Source: Felis catus
Lineage: Eukaryota
Assembly (NCBI RefSeq): GCF_018350175.1
Contig: NC_058373.1
Coordinates: 104,038,001 to 104,102,000, forward strand
Reading direction: 5' to 3'
DNA length: 64,000 bases
Numbering within the stretch: position 1 is the first letter of the stretch; each line of letters begins with the position of its first letter. Shown piece after piece: positions 62,245 through 64,000 of the stretch. A model generated the notes under the pieces. It worked only from the letters and a program-made list of their open reading frames with translations, searched no databases and was not told the origin of the DNA. A program made the position numbers and the translations under genes.

Positions 62245-62462
62245 GGGGATGTCTGGGTGGCTCAGTCGGTTGAGTGTCCAACTCTTGATTTTGGCTCAGG
62301 TCTTGATGTCACAGCTCCATGGATTTGAGCCCACATCGGGCTCTATGCTGACAGTGTAGAGCCTGCTTGGGATTCTCTCTCTCTCTCCCTTTCTCTCTTC
62401 CTCTCACGTGTGCATGCTCTCTCTCTCCCTCAAAACAAATAAATAGACTTAAAAAAATAATA
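62245..62462 (+). mobile_element. Older Can-SINE
   Basis: TSD aaataaaaacttt. Confidence 0.9.
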
Positions 62463-62517
62463 AAATAAAAACTTTGGATGCTCAGCACCAAATCCTAGTT
62501 TTAGTACATAATTCCAT

Positions 62518-62519
62518 AC

Positions 62520-62558
<39 letters not shown>

Positions 62559-62565
62559 TATATAT
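62518..62565. repeat. (TA)n(CA)n compound microsatellite
   Basis: Directly visible. Confidence 0.9.
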
Positions 62566-62607
62566 TTTTTTTAAATCAAATACAGAAACTTTGGCCAAAG
62601 GTGACAA

Positions 62608-63165
62608 TATTAGTCAGGGTTCGGTTACAGAGAACAAAATCTACTCTGATTCACTGAGGCAGAAATGGATTTATTACATTGTACTGCATGGTTTATGGAA
62701 TGGATGGGATCACCAAAGAAACAGATTTTAGGCTGAGTTTATAGGAACAGCCCAAAGTAGCAGACCTGTTCATTCTTCTTTTTTGTTTTTTATTTTTTTA
62801 ATGTTTATTCATTTTTGAGAGGCAGAGAATGAGCAGGGGAGGGGCAGAGAGAGAGGGAGACACAGAATCTGAAGCAGGTTCCAGGCTGTGAGCTGTCAGC
62901 ACAGAGCCCCATGTGGGGCTTGAACCCATGAACCGTGAGATCATGACCTGAGCCAAAGTCAGATGCTTAACCGACTGAGCCACCCAGGCGCCCCTCTGTT
63001 AATTCTTCTTAACTCAGCTCTATATTTGTGTTGAAAACACATCTGATTGGTGAAACCAAAGTACATCTGAGTTCCCAGCTGCAAGGGAGTGTAGGAAATG
63101 TCGTTTTTAACTTTCCAGCTCCTGCAGTACAGAAAAGCACTCAAAAAGGAGGTTGAATGGTGAGT
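62608..63165 (-). mobile_element. Old MaLR LTR (late MLT1 subfamily) with nested SINE
   Basis: tattagtcagggttc start; atctgattgg...cagctgcaagggagtgtaggaaatg. Confidence 0.6.
62781..62994 (-). mobile_element. Feline Can-SINE, older subfamily
   Basis: TSD ctgtt(c/a)attcttctt. Confidence 0.93.
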
Positions 63166-63592
63166 GGGTCAATCCAAAGATATGCTTCAACAATTGAGTA
63201 GAAGAATGTCAATTAACATGCTCAGAGATTTCTATTACTATTTTGCTGAGGGATTGTTGTAATCTCTCTCTACAGAGTTTCTATTCAGATACCAAGATTG
63301 ATGGAAGGCAAGAAGTGTGGTGGACTGAACATGTGTAAAGACCAAACAGGTCGGAAAGACAAGTTGGTAAAGTCATTAATTAGCCTTCTCTTTATACTTC
63401 GCCTTGCTTAAATAACACTTCATGTTTTAAAGAAATAGCTTTGTTATCATTTGAACTTCTTAATGTAATTATGTATGTTCCATAAAATTTGCACACGCTT
63501 TTCAAATCTAAACCCAATTTCACTCATCAATAGCCTTTGATAAAGCAGAGATTTTTAGTTAAATAATTGTCTTTTTAAATTGACTAGCAATA

Positions 63593-63816
63593 GGGGCGCC
63601 TGGGTGGCACAGTCGGTTAAGCATCCGACTTCAGCCAGGTCACGATCTCGCGGTCCGTGAGTTCGAGCCCTGCGTCGGGCTCTGGGCTGATGGCTCAGAG
63701 CCTGGAGCCTGTTTCTGATTCTGTGTCTCCCTCTCTCTCTGCCCCTCCCCTGTTCATGCTCGGTCTCTCTCTGTCCCAAAATAAATAAATAAACGTTGAA
63801 AAAAAAATTAAAAAAA
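63593..63816 (+). mobile_element. Young feline Can-SINE
   Basis: Perfect TSD aaattgactagcaata. Confidence 0.95.
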
Positions 63817-64000
63817 AAATTGACTAGCAATAAATGCTTCGTTCATAGGTTCTTTTTTTCTGAGTTCTTACCTGCAGGCGTATTCTCAATTAATGGTACA
63901 CATAATCTTCATATATTTTTCTGTCTTTCAACATATAGTTGTGGGTATCTGTTCTTAATCTGCCACTGGCAAGGATGTTGATTTATGATTGCCCTCTCCA

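Noticed and set aside
212..63830. Recurrent ORFs such as GAPGWRSRLSVRLQPGHDL..., MAQSVK..., GQRETEHERGRG... that look like a repeated protein family
   Set aside because: All are reading frames through Can-SINE copies with A-tails, not genes
1..64000. A novel multi-gene biological system
   Set aside because: No coding genes, operons or RNA genes are supportable; the window is repeat-laden mammalian non-coding DNA

Overview
Mammalian genomic DNA from a cat-family (Felidae-type) genome, judged from 39 tRNA-derived Can-SINEs, about 13 of them near-identical copies of the young feline subfamily, most with clear target-site duplications (TSDs). No protein-coding gene, RNA gene, CRISPR array or prokaryotic system can be supported. 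The ORF-track entries I could explain are translated SINE, L1, L2 or microsatellite sequence, and I recognise none of the rest as a protein. The window reads as intronic or intergenic DNA with layered old repeats (L1, L2, MIR, L3/CR1, MaLR/ERVL LTRs, hAT-Charlie and Tigger fossils) and islands of unique, motif-rich sequence. The best leads are an orphan CpG-rich island (about 4.5-5.5 kb), two long SINE-free blocks (21.1-28.1 and 37.5-48.5 kb), a candidate 168-nt minus-strand exon, an inverted double octamer, a non-tandem duplication of about 150 bp, and an L1 tail converted to (GAA)n. Repeat family names come from recalled consensus sequences, not a database search, and boundaries of old repeats are approximate. 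I found no convincing undescribed biological system and cannot name the host locus.
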